DNA of 64,000 bases from Moniliella sp. 'wahieum' (taxonomy: Eukaryota): NCBI GenBank assembly GCA_003971905.1, contig RSEE01000093.1, positions 186,001-250,000 on the forward strand. Reading direction: 5' to 3'. Shown here piece by piece: positions 1-11,867 of the stretch. Numbering within the stretch: the first letter of the stretch is position 1; every line of letters begins with the position of its first letter. The notes under the pieces are model-generated. The model did not search any database. It worked only from the letters and a program-made list of their open reading frames with translations, and had not been told where the DNA came from. The position numbers were made by a program, and so were the translations under genes.

Positions 1-588
1 AGTTGCTTGGCGGGGCCCATGTGGGCAAGATCATCCTGAGCCTCGGCCAAGAGCGCCTGCAGTTGCCGCACCTGCTCTGGGAGCGCAGTCAGCTTGTCCA
101 GCACGGCAGCCGTCTGGACAAAGTTGCGGTGCACCTGGGACACCTCGGCAATCAACTTGAATGACTCGTGCTCTTTGGCCGGCTGCTTTCCTGACGGGTG
201 GTCTGACATGCCGTCGATCTGGACAAAGGCCTCGCGGATGAGCGCAGTGTTGGCGGGTGCCCTGGAGCTTAATCAGTCCTTCGCGCGTCGCTTCCAGTTG
301 CTCCTTGGCGCCGCTTTTGAGCTTGGCTTCGAGCATAGCCTGCTCTTTCTCCAGCTTGCGCCGCAGCACAGCGATTTTGGCCAGGTCATCAGGCGATTTG
401 AGATGCTCGGACGCAAAGGAGCTTACCGCGCCGCCGGGCAGCGGCAGCGGGCCATTGCTAGTGCCTTTGCCATTGGCCTCGCGGGCGGGCAGCCGGTCGG
501 GCTGCACTCCGGCCGCAGCGGCAGCGGCCTTGACGCGCTGGCGCGATGGCAATGGGGGGGCTCGTGGTGGCGGCTGGAATTCGCTCAT
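1..588 (-). CDS. SEC6: Exocyst complex component Sec6 (EXOC3), N-terminal part; runs off the window start
   Basis: ATG at 588. 'HLKSPDDLAKIAVLRRKLEKEQAMLEAKLKSGAKEQLEATREGL', then after an apparent frameshift near 255 'IAEVSQVHRNFVQT', typical of fungal Sec6 N-termini. Confidence 0.8.
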
Positions 589-1193
589 GGCGGGCAGACG
601 ACCAAGTGGGGGTGGTGCGATGAAGGCGCTGGGCCCAAGCATGCCGCTGCCCGTCGCCGCCTCCGCCCTCGGCCTCGACGCCCCACCCCACACGTCACGC
701 GGGAAATGTTCAATTTCGCTCTGCTCTGAAAGATTGCGCATCGAATGCAACCAATCCCCACGGCCAGTTAGATGATCTTTTCTGCCATGCGATGCTCCGC
801 CATTGGGTTATCGACGCTGCCTACACCGAAGCGGGGAAGGACGATCCTTGCCTACGATCCCACCCTCTTTGCCCACGGATCCGAGCATCTATTTTTCAAA
901 ACGTGGTTAGGGCAGGAAACACGGGCGCACATCTCCATATTTGAGAGTTCTCTTACGTTTGTATATCAGTCCCTTTTTTCAGCGAGTGTTGGGCCAGTGA
1001 GGAAGAGGCGGCAAAACAAACTATACAAGGATCGTTAATACACAGAAGGAGGAGATGCATTATGCAGACACAAAAGCGGGGAGGGTATAGCGTCATAGTA
1101 ATGCGCAAACAAAGGATGCGAGATTAGGATACGGAGTAGGATAGGCCTCTTCTAATAGTGCTTCTCGTCGAAAAAGGGCGACAAAACAAAGAT

Positions 1194-4097
1194 TCACGCG
1201 ACTTGGTGGGAAGCTGGGAGCATGCTCAGAGCCCCATTGGTCCGGAGCAGGCACATGTTCTGCATGGCATATTTACCTTTGCGCCCACTGTCCAGCTGCT
1301 TACCCGACATGACCACATCAAACGCTTCCCGTGCCTTCTCCACCTCTCCCCGTGCGGAATACAACCGCCCGAGCTCATAGTAGGAAAAGTAGGCCAGGTA
1401 GTGGTCTTGCGACAGTTGACGGGCATGCGAGATCACCACCTTAAGACTCTCCTCCGCTGCTTGGTTGGCCTTGGCACGGAGAGGGGCGGATACAGGGGGC
1501 TCGCTGGCATGCTCCTCAGGGTAGGCCAGGTGCTTCTGCACGGTGGCATGAAGAAAGTGGGCCAGGCACAGGTCGTCCCAGTATGCCTCCGGGCCTGCCG
1601 GATACGCATCGGGACTTGGTGTGGCTTGGAGTTTGCGCAACGCAGCTTGTACCTGAGGGAGATGGGCTTGAAGCAGCGCAGAACCCGGGGCATGGGAGAT
1701 GCAGTGGTACACGTAGCTAAACTCGAGGGCTGGAAGCACCAAGTAGCCCTGGTTCTTGAGCTTGGCTGCTTTCTTCTGGACAAACTTTTCCAAGGGGATC
1801 GACTTGCCTGCAATTCGTTGCATGTGCTTTGGCGCCTCGGCCATCAGTTCCAGGGCATGAGACTGAGCCGCCCCGGGCTCAGCATCCGCCCACAACACCG
1901 ACGGTTCCCCCTTTTCACCCCACTGCTTCGATGCTTTGTAAGGGGAGACACCCTGGGCCCGGGCGATGAGCAAGTGCTGATACATGGTGGCGCCCATGCC
2001 CCACATGTAGACTGCTTTGGACCAATTGGATTCAGCCAGCAGCGTCTTGTAGCATCCCGCGGCCCCAGCCCAGTCTCCTAGGCTCATACTGCACAAGGCC
2101 ATGTCCCAAATACAGATGTGGCGGATCTGACGGTACTCCGATTGGACGTCGCGGGCGCGCGAGCGAATTGGGTGATGGCAGCCTCGGGCTCGACTTGGGT
2201 ACTGTGCAGACGACCGGAAAAGTAGAGGATAAAGACGCCCTTGGGGTAGCGCTTGAGATGGTAGTTAAGAATGTGGCTTGCCGTGTCCACGTCCACGCCT
2301 TGGACCGGCATAAACGTCGCAATGACCAAGTGGTACAGCAAAATGCTCATGTCCACCAACGGACGCCGGATGCCCTCTTTTCCAGCGGAACAGCGGGGGT
2401 GGCTACGCCCTTGCTCCAGCCACCGGGCTCCATGAGGATGCGCAACCCTTCTGAACAAGAGCCAGTATAGCCAAAGCAGGTCATCAGAGTCAAGACCTTA
2501 CTGGGAAGGAGGCCGAGACACATATTGATCAAGCCCGTTCCGAGTGCAACCCCCGACCGGAAGTCCTCGTCAATCTCAGCTTGAACCGAGGTGTTGCCCT
2601 TGCCCACTTCCTCGTCCACCCAGGCAAGGTATTTGGCCAAAGAGCGGTAGATACCGTAAGCGTTCCGCATACTCAGGGCCTCTGACACAAACCCCAGTAC
2701 ATCCCCAGATGCAAGGATGCCCATGACAGCTTTGAGAAAGGTGCTTTCAGCATAAACCAACTCCGCATGGCGTTGGACCATCGTCATGCTGTGCATGCTT
2801 GCCGGTGACATGCCTGATCCGCGCACGAACCGACCTAGGCTGGAGATAGTGCTGGAAGGTTTACGAAGGAGCGAGGCGATATGCATCGCGTCTTTCGGAA
2901 TGACGAAGCGGCAAGGAGATCGTCGTGATCGAAGGTCTGAGCAAAGACAAAAGGGAGCCTTTTGTTAATTCTGATCAAAACATCCACCCTTACGCCTTAT
3001 AGGGAAGAGAACTCACCATAAATGCCTTAAAAACTTGGATCAGGGCCGCGCCCAGAGCATAGTATAGACGGGAATCCTTGGTCTTCATCAGTTCCTCGGC
3101 AGCGAGCATGTCCGAGTTGAGGAACTTGTGCACCGCCAATCTGGCCACTTCCACATCTTGCCGCAGTTCGGCGTCGGACTGTGTCACATCCTGCGTACTC
3201 AATCTCGTTGTCGCTGCCGCCTTGGCAGCCACATACTTCATGCGCAACTTGGCGTCTGGCTTGTCCGAAGCGGTCGACGCTGGATCCGTGGAAATCGAGG
3301 GTTGTACAGCACTCGTGTTGTTTTTGGTGCCCGAGCTTGCGGTTGTCAATGCAAGGTCACGGCCTTTCGCGCCAGATGGATGGCCCTGTGAGCGAGCCAG
3401 GAGCGGATGAAGCAAGGGGCTGCTCTGTGGATCAGATACAGAGACCTCGCTTTGGGCATCTTGAAAGTCATCGCTGCTCTCGTTCTCCGAGTCATAGCCC
3501 GGGTCCGAAAGGGCAGGTGCACGTAACGGCCCCGTGGGGGAGGGCGGAGAGCGAATCAGGTCGCTGGGGATAGGTCGTGTTGGCGCAACCTTGTGGTTCT
3601 GTAGCTTTGTGCCAGGCAACGTCGACCAGGGCTGGGAAAAGCGCGGAGGGGGGGAAGCTGGCTCGATCCAGGCATCGGGGAGCGTCCGAGCTGAGTGAGA
3701 GTCGGTGGTGCTGTCGTGGCGAGGACGCTGATGGGACTGGTGTGGGGGGGGAGCGCCGGATGCGGCGGCCGGACAACGACCGGCTGGTCGAGTCGAGGAT
3801 GGCGCGGGGCATCGACATGCGCGTAAAATCGGGTGCGCTTCCGCGGCGAGCATCGGAGCCAAGGGTGGGTGCGTTGGGGGTGGCGCTGCGCAGGGATCGC
3901 AGCAGACCGCCCACCCGGCTGCCGCGGCGCGGCACATCGGGAGCGTAGGACTCAGGGGGGTCGTTGAGGGCGTCATCGCTACTGAGGCCGAGGTCGGTTG
4001 TGGATGTGAGGGTGGCGCTGGGGCCGGTGCGCTTGAGCGAGAGGAGAGCGGAGCTCGAAGACTCGCGGCGACGGCGTGGAGAAGCCAAGACGGGCAT
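1194..4097 (-). CDS. IML2/TTC39 (DUF3808) family TPR-like protein with a long low-complexity N-terminus
   Basis: Recognisable blocks in successive frames: 'HKFLNSDMLAAEELM..SRLYYALG', 'HAELVYAES', 'DFRSGVALGTG..LGLLPSKV', 'RYPKGVFILYFSGRL', 'ESNWSKAVY', 'IAGKSIPLEKFV', 'YYELGRLY'. Intron 3016-2937 (GTGAGT..CAG); several frameshifts. Confidence 0.8.
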
Positions 4098-4524
4098 GGT
4101 ATGCGGGGCAGGAATGGGGACGGAGGGGACGGTGGGGACGGTGGTGGCGGGAGGGCTGGCAGCGGCCCAGGGAGAAGATGGCTGGGGGGGCTGGCTGCTT
4201 ACGCGAGCGGCGCGGGGTTAGCGCTTAGTGCAGGTGTCGTATCGCAAAACACACACCTCGTGCCGGCGCAACAGCACAACGGGGTTAGGCCGATGGTCGG
4301 TGATCGATTCTCGGTGATCGATTGCCGCTCTGGCTCCAAGATCGATGCGAGCGGTTAGTCATCGATCGTCGCATCCCTCCGTATCCGCGTCCCACCGCTG
4401 GGAGCGCAGCCCCACAAAAGCCCCACCACACTGCCTGGTTGCCCGGGGGGTTCCCCCGCAGTCTACGTCACGGCTGTCACCGGTCACCCATCCCTCCCGC
4501 CATTCGCCTCGTTGCAATCGGACG

Positions 4525-4548
4525 TAACGCGTAACGCGTAACGCGTAA
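4525..4548. repeat. (TAACGCG)3 7-bp palindrome-core microrepeat upstream of the IML2-like gene
   Basis: taacgcgtaacgcgtaacgcgtaa read directly, followed by degenerate copies to ~4575. Confidence 0.9.
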
Positions 4549-5407
4549 TGCGTAGCGTAACCTGACGTAACCGCGTACTCTGACCTAGTAATATGTAATC
4601 CACGTGGATACGAACATGAGCGTGGCAGACAATCTGTGAACGATGAAAGTTCAAGTTGGACGCTGAGCAACCCCCATCTCCATCCAACCATTAACGTCAT
4701 TAACCACAGACTCTTTTCCGTAAGGCTCCTCCAGCCCTTAACCATATAAAAAACTGGTTGGCAGTCTTGGTGTCTTTAGAGTACTCGCATATGGTCCTGG
4801 ACGGGGGACAGACGGCTTTTGAGAGCGTTCGTGTGGTGGGTAGCCTCGTCACACTCCGCGTGCTCTCCACTAGTCGAAAACCAGCTTCTTTTTTGTCCGC
4901 AGGCGTCGCACAACTCTCAGCAGCCACGCCCACTGTATGGCCAATTCACCTCCCACTCGTTTGTCAGCACAGGAGAGGGTCATTGGCCATTGCCTTGGTC
5001 GGCTCGACGCAGGTGCATCGAATAGCCAATCTGGGACAACAGGGGACTACACTTGTACCCAATGAGCCACGCTGCGCGTTGTAGATAGAAAAGCAGGACA
5101 AAAAAAGGTATGCATCAAGGGCCCATGAGAATAGAGAGCGAGAACAAAGAGCAACAGGCAATATGCGGAACAAAGTACAAAGGATAGAAGGGGGACGTGG
5201 GCGGGCTGCTGGGCAAGCCGCGGTACGCTAGAACGACAGAACAAAAGGCAAGGAGAGTGCAAGTTGGCCGCAAAGGTCCACCCGATCCAGTCCCTAAGCC
5301 CCAGAGAGGGGGGGGGGGGCGTAGAAGGAAAGAGATGGGTGCAATGGAAGAAAAGACAAACGACAGAGACCGTGGCCGTGATGAGAAGCAAGATGGGGCG
5401 GCTCGAC

Positions 5408-6505
5408 TCATACCAACAGCGCCCCGAGCACCAGACCACCCACCACACCCGTCACGATTGGCAACGCTGCTCGTTGCTGCTGGAATTCCCGGCCGGGAGG
5501 CAAGCCGGTCGCGTCAAAGTTGGGGGTACGGATGCACTTGAGCTGTGGGTCGACGAGCAGCGTGGCACATGGATCCTGCATCGGCACGTCGCCTCCAATC
5601 GCCGGTCGGGGCGGAAGCACGACTACATCCCGCCCATCAATGTCTTCTTGCACAAACTGCGCCACGCCCGTTTCGCGACTGATGGTGAATGCGCGGGCGA
5701 GGCGAGCATGGGCATCGGCAAAGACATCGCTGCGCTTTTTCTTGGCTTGTCTCCGCTCTTGCCGCTCGGCATGCGTGCTCTTGGTCATGCCGTCTTTCAG
5801 GCGTCGTCCCATCTTCTTGAACCCACCTACGGGCTTTCCATCGACCAGCGACACAGGCGGCTCGGGTTCGGAAAGTTGCGCCTGCGCCTGTAGCACCCGC
5901 TCGGGCGGAGCTGAAAGCTCGACGCCCACGCCCAGTTGGCGTAGGCGGAACAGCTTGTTCTCCCACTCCACACACGCCCGTTCCGGGGCAGAAAGCGAGG
6001 CCAAGTACCGCTCCTCAAACAGCGGGTGGTTCCACGTACTTTGTCCGGCTCCCTTGTTGGCTTGGGTATCGACGTAGTACCACCTCGAATGGTCAGGCGA
6101 GAATTCGGCGACCCAGCCCGGCGGCAAGGCACGCTCTTGGCCCAGAGAAGAATCCAACACGGGCACGGAGCTGCTGGCGGGTCGAGGTCGGGCCGTGATG
6201 GTGTGCGCGCGAGTGGGGCCGGCGCTGGGCTGGGAGGGGGAGGAGGGTCCGGCGTGGGATAAGGGTCGGCGCGGACGCGGGGCGGCTACCGAGTCGCCAT
6301 AGGAAGGGGGCGCCTCGTCCCCGGCGGGAGGTGGTGCTAGGGGGGGGGGGAGGTCAGGTGGGGCGGCGGGACCGCCGGGGGCATCGAGCGGTGGCGGGCG
6401 TTCGTCGGCGGGGGTGGAGGCGGAGGTGGAGGCAGAGGCAGAGGCAGAGGTGGGGGCGGAGGTGGGGGCAAGGAGCGGCGGAGGCGGGGCAAGAGACAGG
6501 GCCAT
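5408..6505 (-). CDS. Proline-rich WW-domain protein with hydrophobic C-terminal tail
   Basis: Intact 365-aa ORF. WW domain 'LPPGWVAEFSPDHSRWYYVDTQ...STWNHP', a PPSY motif, and tail 'LPIVTGVVGGLVLGALLV'. Confidence 0.8.
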   Translation of the reverse strand: MALSLAPPPPLLAPTSAPTSASASASTSASTPADERPPPLDAPGGPAAPPDLPPPLAPPPAGDEAPPSYGDSVAAPRPRRPLSHAGPSSPSQPSAGPTRAHTITARPRPASSSVPVLDSSLGQERALPPGWVAEFSPDHSRWYYVDTQANKGAGQSTWNHPLFEERYLASLSAPERACVEWENKLFRLRQLGVGVELSAPPERVLQAQAQLSEPEPPVSLVDGKPVGGFKKMGRRLKDGMTKSTHAERQERRQAKKKRSDVFADAHARLARAFTISRETGVAQFVQEDIDGRDVVVLPPRPAIGGDVPMQDPCATLLVDPQLKCIRTPNFDATGLPPGREFQQQRAALPIVTGVVGGLVLGALLV

Positions 6506-7007
6506 GGTGGTGGGTGGGAGGGGCGAGAGGCAATGTGACCGGTGACGGGTGAAGGGGAAGGGAAAGGGTTAGCGCTGCGAGCAGGTGGAGGCGGCTGGGT
6601 CGTTGGGGCGACGACAGATGCTCGCTCGCGGAGAGCAGTGGCGAGTGGAGGGACAGGCGAGGCACGCGCCCGCAGTGGCAATGTCCAACGCGAGCAGATA
6701 GGATGGTCGGGTGTGGCTGGCGTGTGGCTGGCGGTGGCCTGCGGGGCCAGTCGGGCGCCTGGCCTGTCTGGCCTGCACCACTCGGACCGAGCACCGCACG
6801 TGCTCAGTTTGCAGTATTTCTTACTGAGTACGCCTTGGCCCGAACAGTGCCTGCTGCGCCTCAGCGCACGCCTCCCCCATCATGCATCACCCACCCCGCC
6901 CACGTGGAGCCCAGGCGCGTCTGACCACGCCACACTGCCCTGCCCTGCCATCAGCTACCGCCATCTTGAACATTGCACATCATGCATCATTGCACCGCCC
7001 GATGAAA

Positions 7008-7108
7008 TAACCCTAACCCCACTCTGGTCAAATCAGCTCAAAATGTGCCGCAGCCGGAGCACGCAGCCAGTCGGGGTGCCCGAGGGTTCGGTTGCTGTAA
7101 CCCTACCC
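7008..7108 (+). promoter_or_regulatory. Telomere-like TAACCC elements upstream of RPL35
   Basis: taaccctaaccc at 7008-7019 and taaccctaccc at ~7098, 100-200 bp upstream of the RPL35 ATG. A similar motif lies upstream of RPL29. Confidence 0.45.
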
Positions 7109-7203
7109 GCCCTCCGCCTGGCGCTGCTGTTTGGACCCGGGCCTGTCCGCCGCGTCGACGCTGGCCGGCTCATCTCCTCACCAGCACAAGCAAGCAAGTC
7201 GAG

Positions 7204-7658
7204 ATGGTACGTGTGCTTGGCCTTGCATCTTGCCGTTGTCCGCCGCGGCTACTGACCCCTCGCGTCTGTGTTTTGCTGCGTTCCGCCAGGCCAAGATCAC
7301 AGCAAAAGAGCTTCAGGCCAAGTCCAAGGCTGAGCTGACGACGCAGCTGGAGGAGCTCAAGGCGGAACTGCTTTCGCTCCGGGTTGCCAAGGTCGCCGGT
7401 GGCTCCTCCTCGCGCATCGCCAAGATCAACAGCACGCGCAAGGACATTGCGCGTGTGCACACGGTCATGCACGCCAAGCAGCGCGCCAACTTGCGCGAGT
7501 ACTACAAGAACGCCAAGTACCTCCCGCTCGACCTGCGCGCCAAGAAGACGCGCGCCCTGCGCCGTGCACTGGCCCCCGAGGAGAAGAAGGCGACGACGGT
7601 GCGGGCGCAGAAGAAGGCGCATGGCTACCGCAAGGTGACCTACGTTCTCAAGGCCTAA
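7204..7658 (+). CDS. RPL35: 60S ribosomal protein L35 (uL29)
   Basis: Exon 1 is the ATG alone (7204-7206), intron 7207-7289 (GTACGT..CTGAC..CAG), exon 2 'AKITAKELQAKSKAELTTQLEELKAELLSLRVAK...YLPLDLRAKKTRALRR'. Confidence 0.97.
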
Positions 7659-8094
7659 GCCGCAAGGGTTGAATGGGACTATGCAGCTCTCCTATCCCTG
7701 CCCTCGCTCGTTTGGGGGCGCCTCCTCGCCCTGCCCCCTCTCTCTCCCCATCCCCCACCTTCCGCCCCTTAACCTCTTCTTCCTCTTTCCTCCCATGCAA
7801 TACAAAAAGGTGTCCTCTGGATGCCGTCTTTGACCGAGTTGGGTCTCTATGTTCTGTGGGAAAGGGCGCATGCGAAGCGTGAGCAAGGGCCGCAGCCTGG
7901 AACGGGTTACTAAAAGGGACACGCCACTGGTGAGCCGACTACCAAACGCCCAATAGAATGCGACCCTCACTGCAGGGGCAAGAGCAAGTACAAGTACAAG
8001 TACAACGTGAGGCAAGGGGTCATGGATCGTAGAACCGCGAGCAGGGAGGGAGGGGAGGGGATCAATGGCAAAGGATGACGCCGTGGGGGGCAGG

Positions 8095-8147
8095 ACGAGA
8101 CGAGACGAGACGAGACGAGACGAAACGAAACGAGACGAAACGAGACG
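8095..8147. repeat. (GAGAC/GAAAC)n pentanucleotide microsatellite
   Basis: About 10 tandem copies read directly, just past the RhoGEF stop. Confidence 0.9.
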
Positions 8148-10099
8148 CTAGGAGCACACGGGCACGGGTACCGCCGCATTGCACAGATTGGCAACGCGGG
8201 TGCAGAGCGTCAGGGCATCTGCCAGCAGGGGAGCATGCGAGTCTGGTGCAGTGGGCACGAGGGCATGCAGCTGCTTGAGAAGGAAGTAGCGTGGCAGGCA
8301 CTGGGTTGGCATGATGGCCACATCGAGCGGAGCCAATTTGCCCTTGGGCGGGTGGGAGCGGGAAAGCGAAGGGAAGAGGAGCTGGTGGACGAGGGTGCAC
8401 GAACGCCGCGCAGCGCATGCAGCAGCGGGGGCGCAGCGCAGGTCCATTGCACCAACGCCGTTTCCAGCAGCGGCACGACCGAGGCAAACGCATGCGCGAC
8501 CCCGGCGGGAGTGGGTGTCGACTCGAGGTGACGCAGCAGCGTGTGGCTCAAGGTGATCAAGGGTGGCAGGTGGGTCCGCAGACCGTCGCTTGCTCGTGGC
8601 CAGCTGGCAGAGTTGGCCAGGTGGAGAAGGGTGGATAGGTGGGCGGCGTAACTGCGTTCGCTCTGGATCAATTCCCGGATCACTGGGGTATATCAGAATC
8701 GAGACTCAATTAATCAGCCACAAACGGAACGGGACGAACGAGGCGCTCATCGCAACGAAACCACGTACAGAAAAGGACCTTGACCTGTTGTGCCTCCAGC
8801 ACTTCGGATGCCTGTCGAGGCCGACCGGGGGGGCTGACTCTGAGCAGCTCTGAGCGCGGCTCAACCGTAGCGTTTCGGCTTCAGAGGAAGTTGAAGTCAG
8901 ATTAAGGGAAAGTGTGCTCAGCTGGGCCGAAATGGAGGATCGGAGATGGACATGAGCCTCGATCGCACGAAGAAATTGGAGGTCGTCGGCAATGTGAAAA
9001 GGGAACGCAGACGGTGGTGGGAGAGGGCGTTCAGGAATCTGGAGGGGATTGGTCAAGGAAGGATCCCTAGCGGTTGTTAGAGAATCAAAATACTCTGCAC
9101 CCGAGACAATCCATTCCGCCGAGAAGACCGAGGTGTCGGCGGTGGCTCTGCCTCACTCGCGCTCGAATCGTCGGGGGAGCGGAGGGGGCTGTCGGGGAGG
9201 GAAGAACGACGTGAGCGCGGCTTAGACGCAGCAGAGCTCAATCCTTGCCACGCCTGGTCATTGACCCCCGAACGAGCTCTCAGTTTCAGCCCCCAAAGAT
9301 CGATCCCGGACGTGAGAGAAAGGGACGAGGAACTACTTGTTCGTCCTGACCTTACTTGTACCACCACCGCTTCTTCCGATTTCTCCTTTTCTACTGAAGC
9401 GGGAGACATGGTCAAGGTACGGAGAAGCGAGCAGGAGGTCAGAAGGGATGGCCTTCGCTTGCGCAAGGGCATTGGCGTGGACGAGGTAGTGTCTGCCAAG
9501 GGTCGAGCCTCCACCTTGAGTTGGGAGAGTTCTGGGAGCGCAGGAGATGGGCGAGCGACCTGGCAGGCCGGAAGAGAGCGGACGACCTCCGTCGATGACA
9601 TGGAGGAAGAGGAGGGGAAGGCTAGCGAATACAGCCCTAGAACGTTGGTCGTACACGGCAATTCGGGGGAGGAAAGATGGTGAGTGGTTCAAGTGGATGA
9701 ATGGGTACGAGAGAAGGAGTGCGGCTGAGAGGTGTGCGGTTGGTAGACGGCGGGGAATATAGGGGAGCGCCCGCCCAGAGGCTGGCGGGGGTGCTTCTGC
9801 CTCGCATCAACACGGATGGACGGGGTCTGAGCTTGATGGGGTTGGAGGTGGGGTCGAGCTCGGGCTCCGGACTGGCCGGTGGGGTGGTGGCGGCGGTGCG
9901 AGCGGAGACGGCAGGAGATGCGGTGGATGAGGAGGGCGAGTGCGGATGGGACAACGCATGATGAGAGTCGGACAAACGACGGCGATGGGGGACGGAGGAT
10001 TGGGGTCCAACAGTCAGCGCGCCGACGCCCTCGAACTGGTCCAGCATGGAGTAGGTGGTGTGGTGGTGGTGGAAGCGGTGGTGGCGGGGAGAAGGACAT
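8148..10099 (-). CDS. RhoGEF (Dbl-homology domain) protein with Ser/Pro-rich N-terminus
   Basis: DH conserved regions 'IRELIQSERSYAAHL' and 'DVAIMPTQCLPRYFLLKQL'. Probable intron 8768-8683. Multiple frameshifts; start at 'MSFSPPPP' is tentative. Confidence 0.65.
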
Positions 10100-11867
10100 G
10101 CACGCGGCTTCTACGGCGGCAACTGCCAGCAGCAGCGTGCAAAGCTGGGTGCCCACGAGCAGGATCAGCAGCGTGGGTGCACGGACCGTCACGCGTCCAC
10201 GCGTGCTTCTGGTCCCCATGCCTGTGAAATATAGGCCTGGCCTGCGCATCGCGGGGATCCTGGGACTGCCCCCGTTGCGGACGAGGGCAGCCAGCAGGGG
10301 GGCAGTGCCTGGCCTGCAGGCTGCAGGGCAGACACTGAGCTGATGCGTGCTGATGCGCTGCCCGGTGTCGGAGGCGGCGGCACAGGGCCAGAGGGGGTGC
10401 TGTGCTGAGTCTGGGCAGTGGGCGCCGGCGCGGAGGCAGTGTGGGCTGCGGCTGAGCGCTATACGCTGAGCGATCTGGGTCGCCAAAGAGGACGCGGGGG
10501 GACGGCGGGCACAGCCAGCACCGCGCAGCACACCACCCGAGCCCGAGGGCGCAGACAGGCGCCAGGCCGCCGGCGGGGATGCGCAGGCGACGTCACCTGT
10601 GTCGGATGGGCGCGGGGGATATGAGGCAGATGGATCGATGGGGCGACCATAGTAAGGTGCGTGGCTGCGCTGCTACTGGGTCCGACAGCTGGCTGTGATA
10701 GACAGGCACCGTGACAGAGTCAAGAGTCAAGACCTATGCCGCCCTCGTAGATCGTACGGCCTACAGGCCACACCACACGTTTGCCGAGATCATTTGTCGC
10801 GATCAGAGCGTTGGCAAGCTGGGCTCTCTTCCATTGCAGATTCCATCGGCACATCGGCCACATACTATTTCTGTTTTCATGCCTCTCGTTACCAATCCAT
10901 CCATCAGATGGCCACGCAGTGCTCTTCATTCATGTGCATCATCAATCGAATCATCATTGCACGCACACGAACCGCCCTAGAAGCTTGAGCTGCTGCATGG
11001 CAAGCCGCCGTTGCAGCCGCACTTGGAAAAGGGCGATAACGCGAACGCTTGATTAATAACCCTCTGTTGTTAGGTTCGTTCACCTGTGGGGTGTGGGGTG
11101 GATGGCCAGGTGCGAGTGTGTGCACACTGCCCCCATCTATCTGCTGCGTTCTACGCGTTAAGGTGGTGCTGTGGGGATTCGCTGTTATGGTATAGTGCAG
11201 TGGTGGTTCGATCATCGATCATCCCGTATTCGTGATATCTGTGTTGTGCGCCGGCGCACAGGTTCGCTCTCAGACGACCTGACGAGCTGATGACACTCCT
11301 GCTTCGCCAACCAGCGTCCACCACGCTTCTACGCCCCATCCTGGGACTGGCATCCCATATCTTCTCCATCGAGACTGGTCTCCCCACTGGCCATCAAACT
11401 CGTCCACATTGGCAGTTGCACCGCACAACAGAAAGTAGTAGCCCTCTCTTCCCCCCAAGGCCCGACCATCAACATCCAATACTGTTCTTCCAGATACCCT
11501 CCCGAGAAATACCCTCCTAGTCCTCCCGAGCACACATCAGGCTGGGCCGATACAATATGCGTAGCCGTCTTCGTTGTTCTTCGGACACTATACTTGGATG
11601 AACTGCCGCTGCTGTTTGTGGATTGCTTTGTCGCAGCCGTCCGTTCTGATTGGGTCAAGTCGATCGATCGATCAAGGCCATAGTACAAGTCTATGGGCGA
11701 AGGGGCCTGGAGACCCCCCCCCCCCTACCGGTAGAGAGCAGGAGAGAAAGGATGAAGTAAGGATTTGAGAGCGGCCAAACATCAAAATGGGAGAGGCACT
11801 AGCTCATGTTCTGAACCTGGATGCAACGGCATTTGCCAGGCTATTATCCATCATACTCTTCGAGGGC

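Noticed and set aside
1158..2081. Long antisense ORFs (also 15023-15859, 34462-35217, 41595-42349)
   Set aside because: Shadows of GC-rich coding sequence on the opposite strand; no recognisable domains.
7008..7020. Telomere or telomerase RNA template
   Set aside because: Only two TAACCC units, internal and in an RP promoter. The similar taaccctaac at 37561 has no supporting RNA structure that I could identify.
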